The notes under the pieces are model-generated. The model saw nothing but the letters and a program-made list of their open reading frames with translations. It made no database searches and was not told the DNA's origin. A stretch of 64,000 nt of DNA, taken from an uncultured Gammaproteobacteria bacterium. GTDB taxonomy: Bacteria > Patescibacteriota > Microgenomatia > Daviesbacterales > UBA10151. Positions 26,524 through 35,847 of this stretch are shown piece after piece; the first letter of the stretch is position 1, and every line of letters starts with the position of its first letter. The stretch covers positions 66,969 to 130,968 of the forward strand of contig CAZYPW010000002.1 of NCBI GenBank assembly GCA_964649615.1, read 5' to 3'. The translations under genes were made by a program, and so were the position numbers.

Positions 26524-27817
26524 TTAAATAATTTTTAAGCTCAGTTATCTTCACCCTATTCTGCTTTGCAGAATCCCTATCTCTGACTGTCACCATCTCA
26601 TCTTCTAAGGATTGAAAATCAACTGTAATGCAAAAAGGCGTTCCAATTTCATCTTGAGAAGCATATCTTTTACCAATATTGCCCCTATCATCCCACGCTA
26701 CCATAAAATCCTGCTTTAATCCATCATATATGCTTTTAGCCTTTTTAATCAGCTCTTCTTTATTTCCAAGGAGCGGAAAAACAGCTGCCTTAAATGGGGC
26801 AAGTTTTGGATGAAGCTTAAGCAGAACTCTTCCTTCATCTTCTGTATAAGCATCGATTAGTAAAAATAAGGTAGACCTATCAACTCCTGCAGATGTTTCT
26901 ATATCATGGGGAATATATTCCTCACCAATCTCAGGATCCCTGTAACTTAAATCCTGGCCGCTGAATTTTGTATGCCTGGATAAATCGAAGTCACCCCTGT
27001 GGTGTATTCCCATAAATTCAGACCATCCAAAGGGAGCATTATATTCTATATCTGTGGCCATCTTTGCATAATGAGCTCTTTCATGATCTGCATGGTCTCT
27101 AAACCTTAGATTCTCTTTTTTCATCCCCAGAGATAGATAGAAATCCATCATGTTTTGTTTCCAATATTCAAACCATTTTTTACCCTCTTTTTGATCAGGC
27201 TTGATGTAGAACTGAACTTCCATTTGTTCAAATTCTCTAGATCTAAACGTAAAATTTCCAGGAGTTATCTCATTTCTAAAAGCCTTGCCAATTTGGGCAA
27301 TGCCGAAAGGTATTTTTACCCTGGTGGAATCCAAAACATTTTTAAAATTAACATGTACTCCATTTGTTATTTCTCCCCGCAAATATATTTCTGATTGTTT
27401 TCCTTCTAAAACTCCCAAATATGCTTTAACAAGTAAATTAAATTGCTGAGGTTCTGTCCATTCAACTTTTTCTCCTTTGTGGGTTTCCTCATGTGATTTA
27501 ATTTCCTCACTCTTATCTGCTCTAAATCTTTGGTTACAGGCTTTACACTCCACCAATGGATCAGAAAATGCCTCCACATGGCCAGATGCTTCCCAAGCTT
27601 TAGGATTCATCATGATGGCTGCATCCACCCCAACTATATCCTCCCTAAGCTGTACCATCTCCTTCCACCAAAGATCTTTGAGATTTTTCTTTAAAAGTGC
27701 TCCAGCAGGTCCATAATCCCAAGTTCCACCCAATCCCCCATAGATCTCAGATCCGGGATATATAAACCCTCTTCTTTTACAAAGAGCTACAATTTTTTGC
27801 ATTAAATCTTCATCCAT
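26510..27817 (-). CDS. glyQS: Glycyl-tRNA synthetase, homodimeric (alpha2) type
   Basis: LCKRRGF, WDYGP.G, WEASGH, QIGKAFRNEITP, REFEQME, GKRY..QDEIGTP. Confidence 0.95.
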   Translation of the reverse strand: MDEDLMQKIVALCKRRGFIYPGSEIYGGLGGTWDYGPAGALLKKNLKDLWWKEMVQLREDIVGVDAAIMMNPKAWEASGHVEAFSDPLVECKACNQRFRADKSEEIKSHEETHKGEKVEWTEPQQFNLLVKAYLGVLEGKQSEIYLRGEITNGVHVNFKNVLDSTRVKIPFGIAQIGKAFRNEITPGNFTFRSREFEQMEVQFYIKPDQKEGKKWFEYWKQNMMDFYLSLGMKKENLRFRDHADHERAHYAKMATDIEYNAPFGWSEFMGIHHRGDFDLSRHTKFSGQDLSYRDPEIGEEYIPHDIETSAGVDRSTLFLLIDAYTEDEGRVLLKLHPKLAPFKAAVFPLLGNKEELIKKAKSIYDGLKQDFMVAWDDRGNIGKRYASQDEIGTPFCITVDFQSLEDEMVTVRDRDSAKQNRVKITELKNYLNERI

Positions 27818-28467
27818 ATTTTTTTCAAGAACCTTCTACTTTTAAGTGATCCTTCTACCACCTTTTCTAAATGATATCTTAAAACACGCTCCAGTTCCAG
27901 AGCTTCTTTTTCCTTAATTTCCATTTTCTCAATTTCATCCCAAGATCCCATCTCCAATTTCTTCATCAACTCTTCTATATTTCCACCTCGGAGGTGGAAT
28001 TGTAGCTCCACCTCGGGATTTTTAAAACTAATGAAACCTAAATTAACTAAAATTTTTACTTCAAATGCCCTGATAAAAATTTGTCTAGGTTTTTGCTCAA
28101 GTCTTTTTAAAACTTCCACCAAATACTCATATAATATTCTGTTTTCCTGGTTTTCAGCCGTAAGTTTATCTACTAACTCTATAATGTGATACGCATAAGT
28201 TGAAAGAGTCAAATCGCTCTTTATTTTTTGGAAAGTATCTAAACTAGAAGCTTCTGTAAGAATTAAAAAACTCTTTGCCTGATGCAAATATATTAAACTT
28301 CTATTTAAAAGTTCCACATTCCCTGACCTTTTTGAGGTAATTCTTCTAACTCCTTTTGCTAATACTGATATTTTACCTAGCTTTTGAGTAAATACAGTTA
28401 AAATTCTATCAGCTTCTGAAAAATCTTTCCTTTTTAAAATTATCCCCTCTGTTTTTACTGCAACCAT
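27802..28467 (-). CDS. recO: DNA repair protein RecO
   Basis: EGIILKR.DF.EADRILTVFT..LGKI...AKGVRR; C-terminal LKS; upstream of glyQS. Confidence 0.9.
   Translation of the reverse strand: MVAVKTEGIILKRKDFSEADRILTVFTQKLGKISVLAKGVRRITSKRSGNVELLNRSLIYLHQAKSFLILTEASSLDTFQKIKSDLTLSTYAYHIIELVDKLTAENQENRILYEYLVEVLKRLEQKPRQIFIRAFEVKILVNLGFISFKNPEVELQFHLRGGNIEELMKKLEMGSWDEIEKMEIKEKEALELERVLRYHLEKVVEGSLKSRRFLKKIWMKI
27981..28017. repeat. CACCTCCGAGGTG palindromic repeat inside recO
   Basis: ttccacctc-g-gaggtggaa (9-1-9 perfect) then ccacctcggg; in frame PEVELQFHLRGG. Confidence 0.7.
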
Positions 28468-30350
28468 TACTTAAGGGAAAACCCTAACTCCCTATCCGTA
28501 TCTAACTCAAAATCTGCCTTTTTGCTCCCATTTATTTTAATGATGTAATGGAAATCTTTGGCACCTGGTTGTTTTTGAACCATTAATTTATACTCATTTT
28601 TTGGATTATATGGAACTGTATATTCTACTTCCAGTTTTCTTGAATTTTGTGGCCTGACAGTAATAAAGGCCTCAATCACACTTTTACCTAACTCATCCTC
28701 TATTTGTCTTACCCCATCCTCAGATCCTTTTCCAGAAATTAACTTACTACCCTTTGGCACATAAACCCTTACATAGTCTCTGTTTATCCCATTTAACCAA
28801 GTATTAAAGGCTTGGGGATTCTTATATTCTATAGTTAGTTTTTTCTTAATCCCTCCCTCTTTTTGAATAGTTATGTCTTGGATAACTGTTTGTTCTACAT
28901 ATAAATTAGACTTGCCTCCTGCAAAATTAGAATCATTAATATGCAGATAATCTCCATCAAAATTTTGGATTTCTCCTGTCCAGTTTAATTTGGATAAAGA
29001 ATTCTGCAAAAGAGAATCATGGGCAAAAAACATAATGTGCTTATGGTTAGCCAGCCTGGCAATAGTTTCAATAAATTGAGGAATTTTTTCAACATCAGCA
29101 CTCATTGTTTTTGCTAGTATTTGTTGCATCAAAACTCCTAAAACTGCTTTTCTGTCTTGCTGGCCTTTGGCTGCAATTTCTGCATAGGATTCCAGCTCAT
29201 AAATAACATTTGGGCAGTTACATCTTTTATCTACCTCTGATGAATAAACAGTATCAAACACATTAATTGGCCCTGTACCTTCAATTAATTCTTCCACAAC
29301 TTGTGAATCAATAAAAATTATTCCATCAAATGGCAACTTTTCACCTAAAAGCTGGTACATTCTTTCAAATTCCTTTGCAGCTTCAGGCAAATGGGGAGAG
29401 ATATTAGAGTCTCTCATACTCCAAGCAGATCTTGGTTTGCCACTCACTTCAGGCAGATATTTCACTATTTGCGAGGGAGGTGTTAGAGGGCAAATTTTAG
29501 ATAGGCATACTTTTAGCAGTTTTTCATCTAACCTGTAGATATCATCTGACGAGGAAGATGCAACCTGGCCATTATTTAAAGTTAAAGTAGCATAGGCTGT
29601 GATAAATCCCCCTGTCGGCCTTATTTCTTTATCATTTTGAAATAAAAGTAAATAAGTTTTTGGTGATCCTAAGCCCAAAGCTGCAGGTGCCAAAGCTAGC
29701 GCCTCCTGGCCATCAGTTAAAGCAACTGAGGCACCCATTATAAAGCTTTTCAAAACCGCAATATTTCTTTTTATATCAATGCCCCTAGAACTATCGGGAT
29801 ATTTGTTAGTATCTATATCTTTTACCAATTTTGCTGCTTTCTCCAGATTTTTTTGAATATCTTTAAAGTAAGGCTTTGATTTGTCCAAAACTCTGATTAC
29901 TTGAGTCATTCTTTCTGGCCCACTTTTCTCTCTCCCGTCAAAACCCAATTCGCTTTTGATAGGCTCTAGTTTATTAATTAAAATTTCAGTGGCACGCAAC
30001 TGCTCTACTCCCGCTGAACTAAAAGATTTTATATCATGATAATAACCTCCCAAAATAGGAATTATTCTTACCCAAAATAGAAAATTAAGAGAAGAATCAA
30101 CTAGTTGCAAAGATCCTTTCGTAGCAAGTATGCCACTCTTAATTTGGCCAAAATCCTGGCTCTTATAGCCATTTACTAACGCTTTAGTGTTTTTTGCTAA
30201 GTTGCTTGCTGCAAAAAAAATAAAAAAAGATGGAATAACTATAAGAATTAATATAAAAACCAAACCAACTAAAATTCTTCTCCTACTTTTATTATGAGGT
30301 TTATATAATCCTGATCTGTCTATTTTTTTATTTAAGTTAATAAAAGCCAT
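28467..30350 (-). CDS. DUF4012-family membrane-anchored protein
   Basis: N-terminal TM, coiled region, YLLLFQN..EIRPTGGFI, RDSN, N..GGKSN, QKQPG. Confidence 0.8.
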   Translation of the reverse strand: MAFINLNKKIDRSGLYKPHNKSRRRILVGLVFILILIVIPSFFIFFAASNLAKNTKALVNGYKSQDFGQIKSGILATKGSLQLVDSSLNFLFWVRIIPILGGYYHDIKSFSSAGVEQLRATEILINKLEPIKSELGFDGREKSGPERMTQVIRVLDKSKPYFKDIQKNLEKAAKLVKDIDTNKYPDSSRGIDIKRNIAVLKSFIMGASVALTDGQEALALAPAALGLGSPKTYLLLFQNDKEIRPTGGFITAYATLTLNNGQVASSSSDDIYRLDEKLLKVCLSKICPLTPPSQIVKYLPEVSGKPRSAWSMRDSNISPHLPEAAKEFERMYQLLGEKLPFDGIIFIDSQVVEELIEGTGPINVFDTVYSSEVDKRCNCPNVIYELESYAEIAAKGQQDRKAVLGVLMQQILAKTMSADVEKIPQFIETIARLANHKHIMFFAHDSLLQNSLSKLNWTGEIQNFDGDYLHINDSNFAGGKSNLYVEQTVIQDITIQKEGGIKKKLTIEYKNPQAFNTWLNGINRDYVRVYVPKGSKLISGKGSEDGVRQIEDELGKSVIEAFITVRPQNSRKLEVEYTVPYNPKNEYKLMVQKQPGAKDFHYIIKINGSKKADFELDTDRELGFSLK

Positions 30351-30354
30351 AAAT

Positions 30355-30993
30355 TTAAACTGCCCCCTTGCCAGAAATAACTGCTGGAATGGTTTTTAGT
30401 ATAATCCAAAGATCATAAAAAATGGATTTTTTACTAACATATTGTGCGTCTAACTCAACTCTTTTCTCAAAATCAATTTCAGACCTTCCTGTTACCTGCC
30501 AGAGACCGGTTACTCCTGGTTTACCTGATAAAATAATTTTAACAAATTTTTTTGATTCTGGGTACTTTTGTTGTTGGTTGCTAAGTTCATCTGGATAATA
30601 TGCTCTGGGACCCACCAAACTCATTTCTCCTTGCAGCACATTCATAAATTGAGGCAGCTCATCAAGGGAGTATTTTCTAATAAATTTACCAACTCTGGTG
30701 ATACGGGGATCTTTTGCCAATTTATAACTGCCCTTTTTATATTCTTCATAAAGCTTTTTAAAATCAGGGTCTGTTCTTAAAATCTCATGGGCATTGGCAA
30801 TCATAGAACGGAATTTATACATCTTAAAAAGCTTCCCATCCTTCCCTACTCTCATAGGAGTATCTGCTAAAACTGGGCCAACTGAATCAAGTTTAATTGC
30901 AACCGTTACTAAAAGATAAATTGGTAAAAGCAAAAATAATCCTACCGCTGAACCGATAACATCCATCACTCTTTTAAAGAAATCGTATAACAT
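30355..30993 (-). CDS. Priming phosphoglycosyl transferase (Bac_transf)
   Basis: KR..D, KFRSM, DPRITRVG.F.RK.SLDELPQ..NVL.G.MSLVGPR, PG.TGLWQV.GRS. Confidence 0.93.
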   Translation of the reverse strand: MLYDFFKRVMDVIGSAVGLFLLLPIYLLVTVAIKLDSVGPVLADTPMRVGKDGKLFKMYKFRSMIANAHEILRTDPDFKKLYEEYKKGSYKLAKDPRITRVGKFIRKYSLDELPQFMNVLQGEMSLVGPRAYYPDELSNQQQKYPESKKFVKIILSGKPGVTGLWQVTGRSEIDFEKRVELDAQYVSKKSIFYDLWIILKTIPAVISGKGAV

Positions 30994-31001
30994 AAAAAGC
31001 C

Positions 31002-32081
31002 TTAATTAATAGTGTATCCTACTTGCGCAACTATTTGCTTAAAATCTGCTTTAAATTTCTCTTTATTAAATCTTTCTGCATTCTTTTTACAAGCTTGGGG
31101 ATCAATCCTGGCTTTTGATAATTTATTTATGGCATCTTTTATGCTTAAAATGTTTTGCTTGCTAAACAATATCCCTGTTTTAGAATCAACCAAAGCTTCA
31201 CAACTACCACCTTGGTTATAAGCAATTACAGGCTTGCCTAAAACTTGAGCCTCTAGCGAAACCAATCCAAAATCTTCCTCTCCTGGCACAATTAAAGCCC
31301 GGCATCCAGCCAGCACTTTTACCAAAAGCTCTTCATCTGCACTACCCAACATTTCTACATTTTGGTGCCGGTCAGCGCTAACTTGTAGATTTCTTAACTC
31401 TGGCCCAATTCCTATCACTTTAAGGCTTAAGCCCAATTTTACACAAGCCTCAATTGCTAAATTCACTTTTTTATATTTATTAAGCCTTGAAACAACCAAG
31501 AAATATCCTCCATCAAAAGTTTCAACATTTTTGAATCTATCTAAATCCACAAAAGGGTAAAGCACTTTTGAATCTCTTCTATAAATTTTCTTAATTCTTT
31601 TTTGGGCATTTTTAGAACCTGCTATATAAAAATCAACTCTTCTGGATGAAATTTGGTCATAAATTCTTAAATTATTTAAAAGAAAATCTAATTTAGGATA
31701 AATTTCGGAGGAGAGATGCCATAAAAATCTAGGCGGAGTATGGCAATAAGATAAATGTAGCGTTTGAGGTTTGCTGATAACTGCTTTGGCAAATCTGGTG
31801 GTGTGGGATATTACTAAATCATATTTATCAAAAGAAAATTGCTCAAAGGCAATGGGGTAGAGGGGGAGTAAGGCTTTATAAAAATTTCTCCAACCAGGAA
31901 TTTTTTGTAAAAAAGAAGTTATAATTTTTTTGGTACCAAATTTTTGCAATAGCAGAGAATTGGTTTTATCGTAAACAGAGGTGTAAATTGGAGCATTAGG
32001 AAAAATTTCACAAATTCCTAACAGTACCCTTTCTGCTCCTCCCCATTGGACTAAATCATCATGGACAATTGCCACTTTCAT
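31002..32081 (-). CDS. GT4 glycosyltransferase
   Basis: MKVAIVHD.L.Q.GGAERVL, YCHTPPR, EDFGLVSLEA; ATGA overlap start. Confidence 0.9.
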   Translation of the reverse strand: MKVAIVHDDLVQWGGAERVLLGICEIFPNAPIYTSVYDKTNSLLLQKFGTKKIITSFLQKIPGWRNFYKALLPLYPIAFEQFSFDKYDLVISHTTRFAKAVISKPQTLHLSYCHTPPRFLWHLSSEIYPKLDFLLNNLRIYDQISSRRVDFYIAGSKNAQKRIKKIYRRDSKVLYPFVDLDRFKNVETFDGGYFLVVSRLNKYKKVNLAIEACVKLGLSLKVIGIGPELRNLQVSADRHQNVEMLGSADEELLVKVLAGCRALIVPGEEDFGLVSLEAQVLGKPVIAYNQGGSCEALVDSKTGILFSKQNILSIKDAINKLSKARIDPQACKKNAERFNKEKFKADFKQIVAQVGYTIN

Positions 32082-33187
32082 AAATATGCCTCCAGAGTTT
32101 GTTTTGCTAATTTTTCCCAATTAAATAACTTAACTCTTTTTTTACCCTTATTAACTAGGTCTTGCCTTAACTTTTGAGATTTTAAAACAATATCTATCTT
32201 GGCTACCATATCTTCCATATCTGATGGATCAAAATAAATAGCAGCTTCTCCTCCAACCTCTGGTAATGATCCCTTATTTGAGGAAACAACAGCACAATCA
32301 CAAGTAAAAGCTTCTAAAATTGGTATGCCAAAGCCTTCCTCAAAAGATGGCATAATAAAACTTTGAGCATTTTTATATAAAGCTACTAAATCCTCATCTG
32401 TCACATAACCTGTATAAATTATATCCTTTTGGGAGTACATACTTTTAACTTTCTGCCAAAAATAATGATCATTACCAGATAAAACAAGTTGCAAGTATTG
32501 ATATCTTTCTCTTAATTTTAAAAAGGCCTCAATTAATCCTTCAACATTTTTATGTGGATGTGCATTACCCACATAAAAAATATAGGGAGGCTTAACATTA
32601 AACTTCTTTATCACCTGATTAATTTTCTTTTCCCTCATTATATTCGCGATCGCGAATATAATGCCGTCAACTGCTTCATAAGTTACTGCTACTTTATCTT
32701 CAGCTATTTTCCATTCACTAACTAATAACTGTTTCACATAATTTGATGGGACCAAAATTTTCTCCGCTTTTGAGATAGCATTCTTAAAGACTTTTTTGTA
32801 AGCAAACTGTTTTATTTTATAAGTAACAGGATTTAGAGTGGTTGCTCTTCTCATTTGAAAGTGTTGATGAATTAAATCATGAATTGTAACTATAAACTTG
32901 TGTTTATTAAAAATTGGGACATTAAAATGGGGAAAGTGAACAAGGTCTGGTTGTAAACTATCTAATAATTTAGGTAAATTAATTTGTTCATTAACTCCAT
33001 ACCATTTAAAGTTAGCCAGAACTTTATGGAAGTTACTATGATAAACTAGAGTATCATATTGTTCTTTAAGTAAAAGAATATAATACTCATTTTTGTGGTC
33101 TAGTTTTGCTAAACTGGCTATCAAATTCCTGATATACCTGCCAATTCCTGACTCATTGTACATTCTTCCATCAATTACTATTTTCAT
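32078..33187 (-). CDS. GT4 glycosyltransferase
   Basis: IDGR...SGIGRY, TIHDL, HKN, PSFEEGFGIPILEA. Confidence 0.9.
   Translation of the reverse strand: MKIVIDGRMYNESGIGRYIRNLIASLAKLDHKNEYYILLLKEQYDTLVYHSNFHKVLANFKWYGVNEQINLPKLLDSLQPDLVHFPHFNVPIFNKHKFIVTIHDLIHQHFQMRRATTLNPVTYKIKQFAYKKVFKNAISKAEKILVPSNYVKQLLVSEWKIAEDKVAVTYEAVDGIIFAIANIMREKKINQVIKKFNVKPPYIFYVGNAHPHKNVEGLIEAFLKLRERYQYLQLVLSGNDHYFWQKVKSMYSQKDIIYTGYVTDEDLVALYKNAQSFIMPSFEEGFGIPILEAFTCDCAVVSSNKGSLPEVGGEAAIYFDPSDMEDMVAKIDIVLKSQKLRQDLVNKGKKRVKLFNWEKLAKQTLEAYL
32636..32663. repeat. Perfect 28-bp palindrome inside a GT4 gene
   Basis: cattatattcgcga|tcgcgaatataatg. Confidence 0.85.
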
Positions 33188-34379
33188 AATTCTTCTCACT
33201 ACCTAACTGCTCATATATATCACTTAATTTTTTAGCAATTGGGTCCCAATCATAAATCCTAGTAACCATATCTTTAGCATTCTTGGCAATTTTCTGGTAA
33301 AGATCCACATCAGTTAATAATTCAACAGCCATCTCAGCAATCCCCTTTGGATCATCTCTAATCATAATCTCCTGGTTATCTTCAGCCTCAGTGCCTCTAA
33401 TGCCAATTGAGGTGGTAACAACCGGCAGGCCAGATGCAAAGGCTTCAAAATTTTTATATCTAGTTCCGCCTCCGCCATAAATAGGAGCCACTAAAATTGA
33501 TGCTTGCTGGTAAATCTCTCTAACATCCTTCACCTCATCCACTCTAACATCTTCTTTTTCAATATCAGAGAAAAAATCCTTGGCATTTTTACCAATTATC
33601 CAAAGCTTGGCATTTTTTATCTTAGACTTAATTTCTGGCCAGACTTTGCTAACCAAAACCCTAACTGCTTCCCTGTTCTGCAGCCAGGTAAAATTTCCTA
33701 AATATAAAATAGTCGGTGTACTTGATCTTTTTTCTAACTTTTCAGAAAAAAATTTACTATCCACCCCGTTTGGTACAATATCAACATCCAAGCTTGGAAT
33801 TTGAAAAAGCATTGACTTTTTATCATCATCTGACATAGCTACCACCTTTTTTGCTCTTTTCCAATAAGTCAGTTCCCAAAATTTCATTTTTATCACATCT
33901 AAATAAAGCAGTTGTTTAATAATTGGTATTTTAAATCCATCTGCAAAATGCTTATAAACTAAATATTCAATCGTTTGCTCAGCCAGCAGTATTGGGATAT
34001 TAGTTTTAGGAATATGTGGCATTACATAAAAAGTCTCTGCATGGATTAAATCAAATTCTTCCTCTCTAAGCTTTTTTTCAATCTCTTTTTTTTCCCCTTT
34101 TGCCCAATTTCTTATCACCAAAAATGGATAAAAACTAAAACCTGTTTTAAGGATGTTTTTTAAAGTCCATGGTTTCTGTGCTCTTTTAAAAACTCTCACT
34201 TCCTGGCAATATTTCTCCAGCTCCCCCACATATTTTCTTTCACTCTCTTTCTTTATTAAACAGAATAAAGTTATCTGATGGCCTAAAGACGACAATCTTT
34301 TTATTAAATTATATGAACGAGTTTGGCCCCCAGTTAATAAAGGATATGGTAAGTAGGGTGTTAACATGAGGACTCTCAT
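33171..34379 (-). CDS. GT4 glycosyltransferase
   Basis: PYLPYP..GG, VPNGVD, GGGTRYK..EA...GLPVV. Confidence 0.88.
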   Translation of the reverse strand: MRVLMLTPYLPYPLLTGGQTRSYNLIKRLSSLGHQITLFCLIKKESERKYVGELEKYCQEVRVFKRAQKPWTLKNILKTGFSFYPFLVIRNWAKGEKKEIEKKLREEEFDLIHAETFYVMPHIPKTNIPILLAEQTIEYLVYKHFADGFKIPIIKQLLYLDVIKMKFWELTYWKRAKKVVAMSDDDKKSMLFQIPSLDVDIVPNGVDSKFFSEKLEKRSSTPTILYLGNFTWLQNREAVRVLVSKVWPEIKSKIKNAKLWIIGKNAKDFFSDIEKEDVRVDEVKDVREIYQQASILVAPIYGGGGTRYKNFEAFASGLPVVTTSIGIRGTEAEDNQEIMIRDDPKGIAEMAVELLTDVDLYQKIAKNAKDMVTRIYDWDPIAKKLSDIYEQLGSEKNYENSN

Positions 34380-34382
34380 AAT

Positions 34383-35846
34383 TTATCTTGGTTCAGGATC
34401 ATTTTTTTCATCAAACTCATTTGCTAATTTAGATAAATCAACAATGTAAAACCTAGGGTTTTGTTCTATTGGATAAAAATGCCTTAGTACCCATGAAGTT
34501 CTTTCATCTTTGGCAGTTGATACATAAAATGTCACTCCATAATCTGCAATCAAATCTTTGACAGAAGTCGGTACAAAAGGCCAACCCGCTCTATTGGTCT
34601 GATATAAAAAGGCAGTATCACCATTATATGGAGCAAGAACCACTGCATCTTCTGGGGTTAATTGATCTATCTTTTTGCCTGCCTCAACAATGACTGGATT
34701 GTTAATGCGGTATAGCTCGATTACATGTTTATAGCTAAAATAGAATGACAATATAAAAAGGAGTAATCCCACCGTAATGGTAAATATCCTAGGAAGAAAA
34801 ATATTTTCTCCCCTAATTAGCCTCAAAAATCCTGAGGAAAAAAATACTGCCCCTATAGGAACAAATAAAAGCTGGTAATAATTATGCCTTACATTTCCAG
34901 TTGCAAAAATAATAAAGTACAGGAAAATAGATAAAAGCCAAAAATGGAAGAAATAGTTCCCGTTTTTAGGCCTCATTATAATTCCCAGTAAAAATAGCCC
35001 TAGTCCTGTGGCGCCCAAAATTTCTCCCCCTATTCTTTCTGATACTATCCACCAAAAGAAAGCTGGCCTAAGCCTAATCCCATCTGCATTCATCAACCAA
35101 GAAGATGCTGGAATTCCTTGGGGCTGTTGTAATATCCAAAGCCTCCATAAAATAAATGGAAATATTGCGAGTAGAGAAAAGATTAAAAATCTTTTTAAAA
35201 CTCCTTTTTTCCTTAACACCAAATAGAAAAGGGGCAGATAGAAAAAAATCGCCCATGGCTTTATTAAAAATGCCACCGAGGTAAATATAAAAGCTGGCAC
35301 TAAACTATTTATTTTTTCCTCTTCTATCCATTGGCTAACAAAATAAATCATTCCCAGAGAAAAAAATATAAATGTTGGTTCAGGAAGAGTGGACCTTGAA
35401 AAAAAAATATTAAAGGGAAGCATTGTAAAAGTGAGTGCTGAAAAAAAAGCGAGAAATCTATCTGAATATTTTTTTACTATTAAATAAAGAAAAATGATGC
35501 TTCCCAAAGAAAAAATAGAGGAAACTAACCTATGAAATAGGTCTCCTGTACCAAATAAAAGATATAATGGATAAACAAAAATATTATAGATAGGAAATTC
35601 TACAAATCTAAATCTTTGAGGATTAGGAATGGGAGTTTCAGCATTCCCTGACATATCATCATACTTTGGGATAAATGGATTGAATCCTTCCCTTATAAAA
35701 TTTCTGGTTACAGCTGCTGTATCAGCTTGCCTCCATGAATGCCAATCTGCAATTGGAGCATCTATCATCCAAAACCTTAAAATAAATCCTAAAATTACAA
35801 GTAGTAAAATCGCAATTTTTTCGTTTTTTAATAAATTTAAAAACAT
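34383..35846 (-). CDS. GT-C (ArnT/PMT_2-like) membrane glycosyltransferase
   Basis: Multi-TM; WRQADT, EFP.Y, FSR...PE, L.KP, HNYYQ. Confidence 0.8.
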   Translation of the reverse strand: MFLNLLKNEKIAILLLVILGFILRFWMIDAPIADWHSWRQADTAAVTRNFIREGFNPFIPKYDDMSGNAETPIPNPQRFRFVEFPIYNIFVYPLYLLFGTGDLFHRLVSSIFSLGSIIFLYLIVKKYSDRFLAFFSALTFTMLPFNIFFSRSTLPEPTFIFFSLGMIYFVSQWIEEEKINSLVPAFIFTSVAFLIKPWAIFFYLPLFYLVLRKKGVLKRFLIFSLLAIFPFILWRLWILQQPQGIPASSWLMNADGIRLRPAFFWWIVSERIGGEILGATGLGLFLLGIIMRPKNGNYFFHFWLLSIFLYFIIFATGNVRHNYYQLLFVPIGAVFFSSGFLRLIRGENIFLPRIFTITVGLLLFILSFYFSYKHVIELYRINNPVIVEAGKKIDQLTPEDAVVLAPYNGDTAFLYQTNRAGWPFVPTSVKDLIADYGVTFYVSTAKDERTSWVLRHFYPIEQNPRFYIVDLSKLANEFDEKNDPEPR

Positions 35847-35847
35847 T

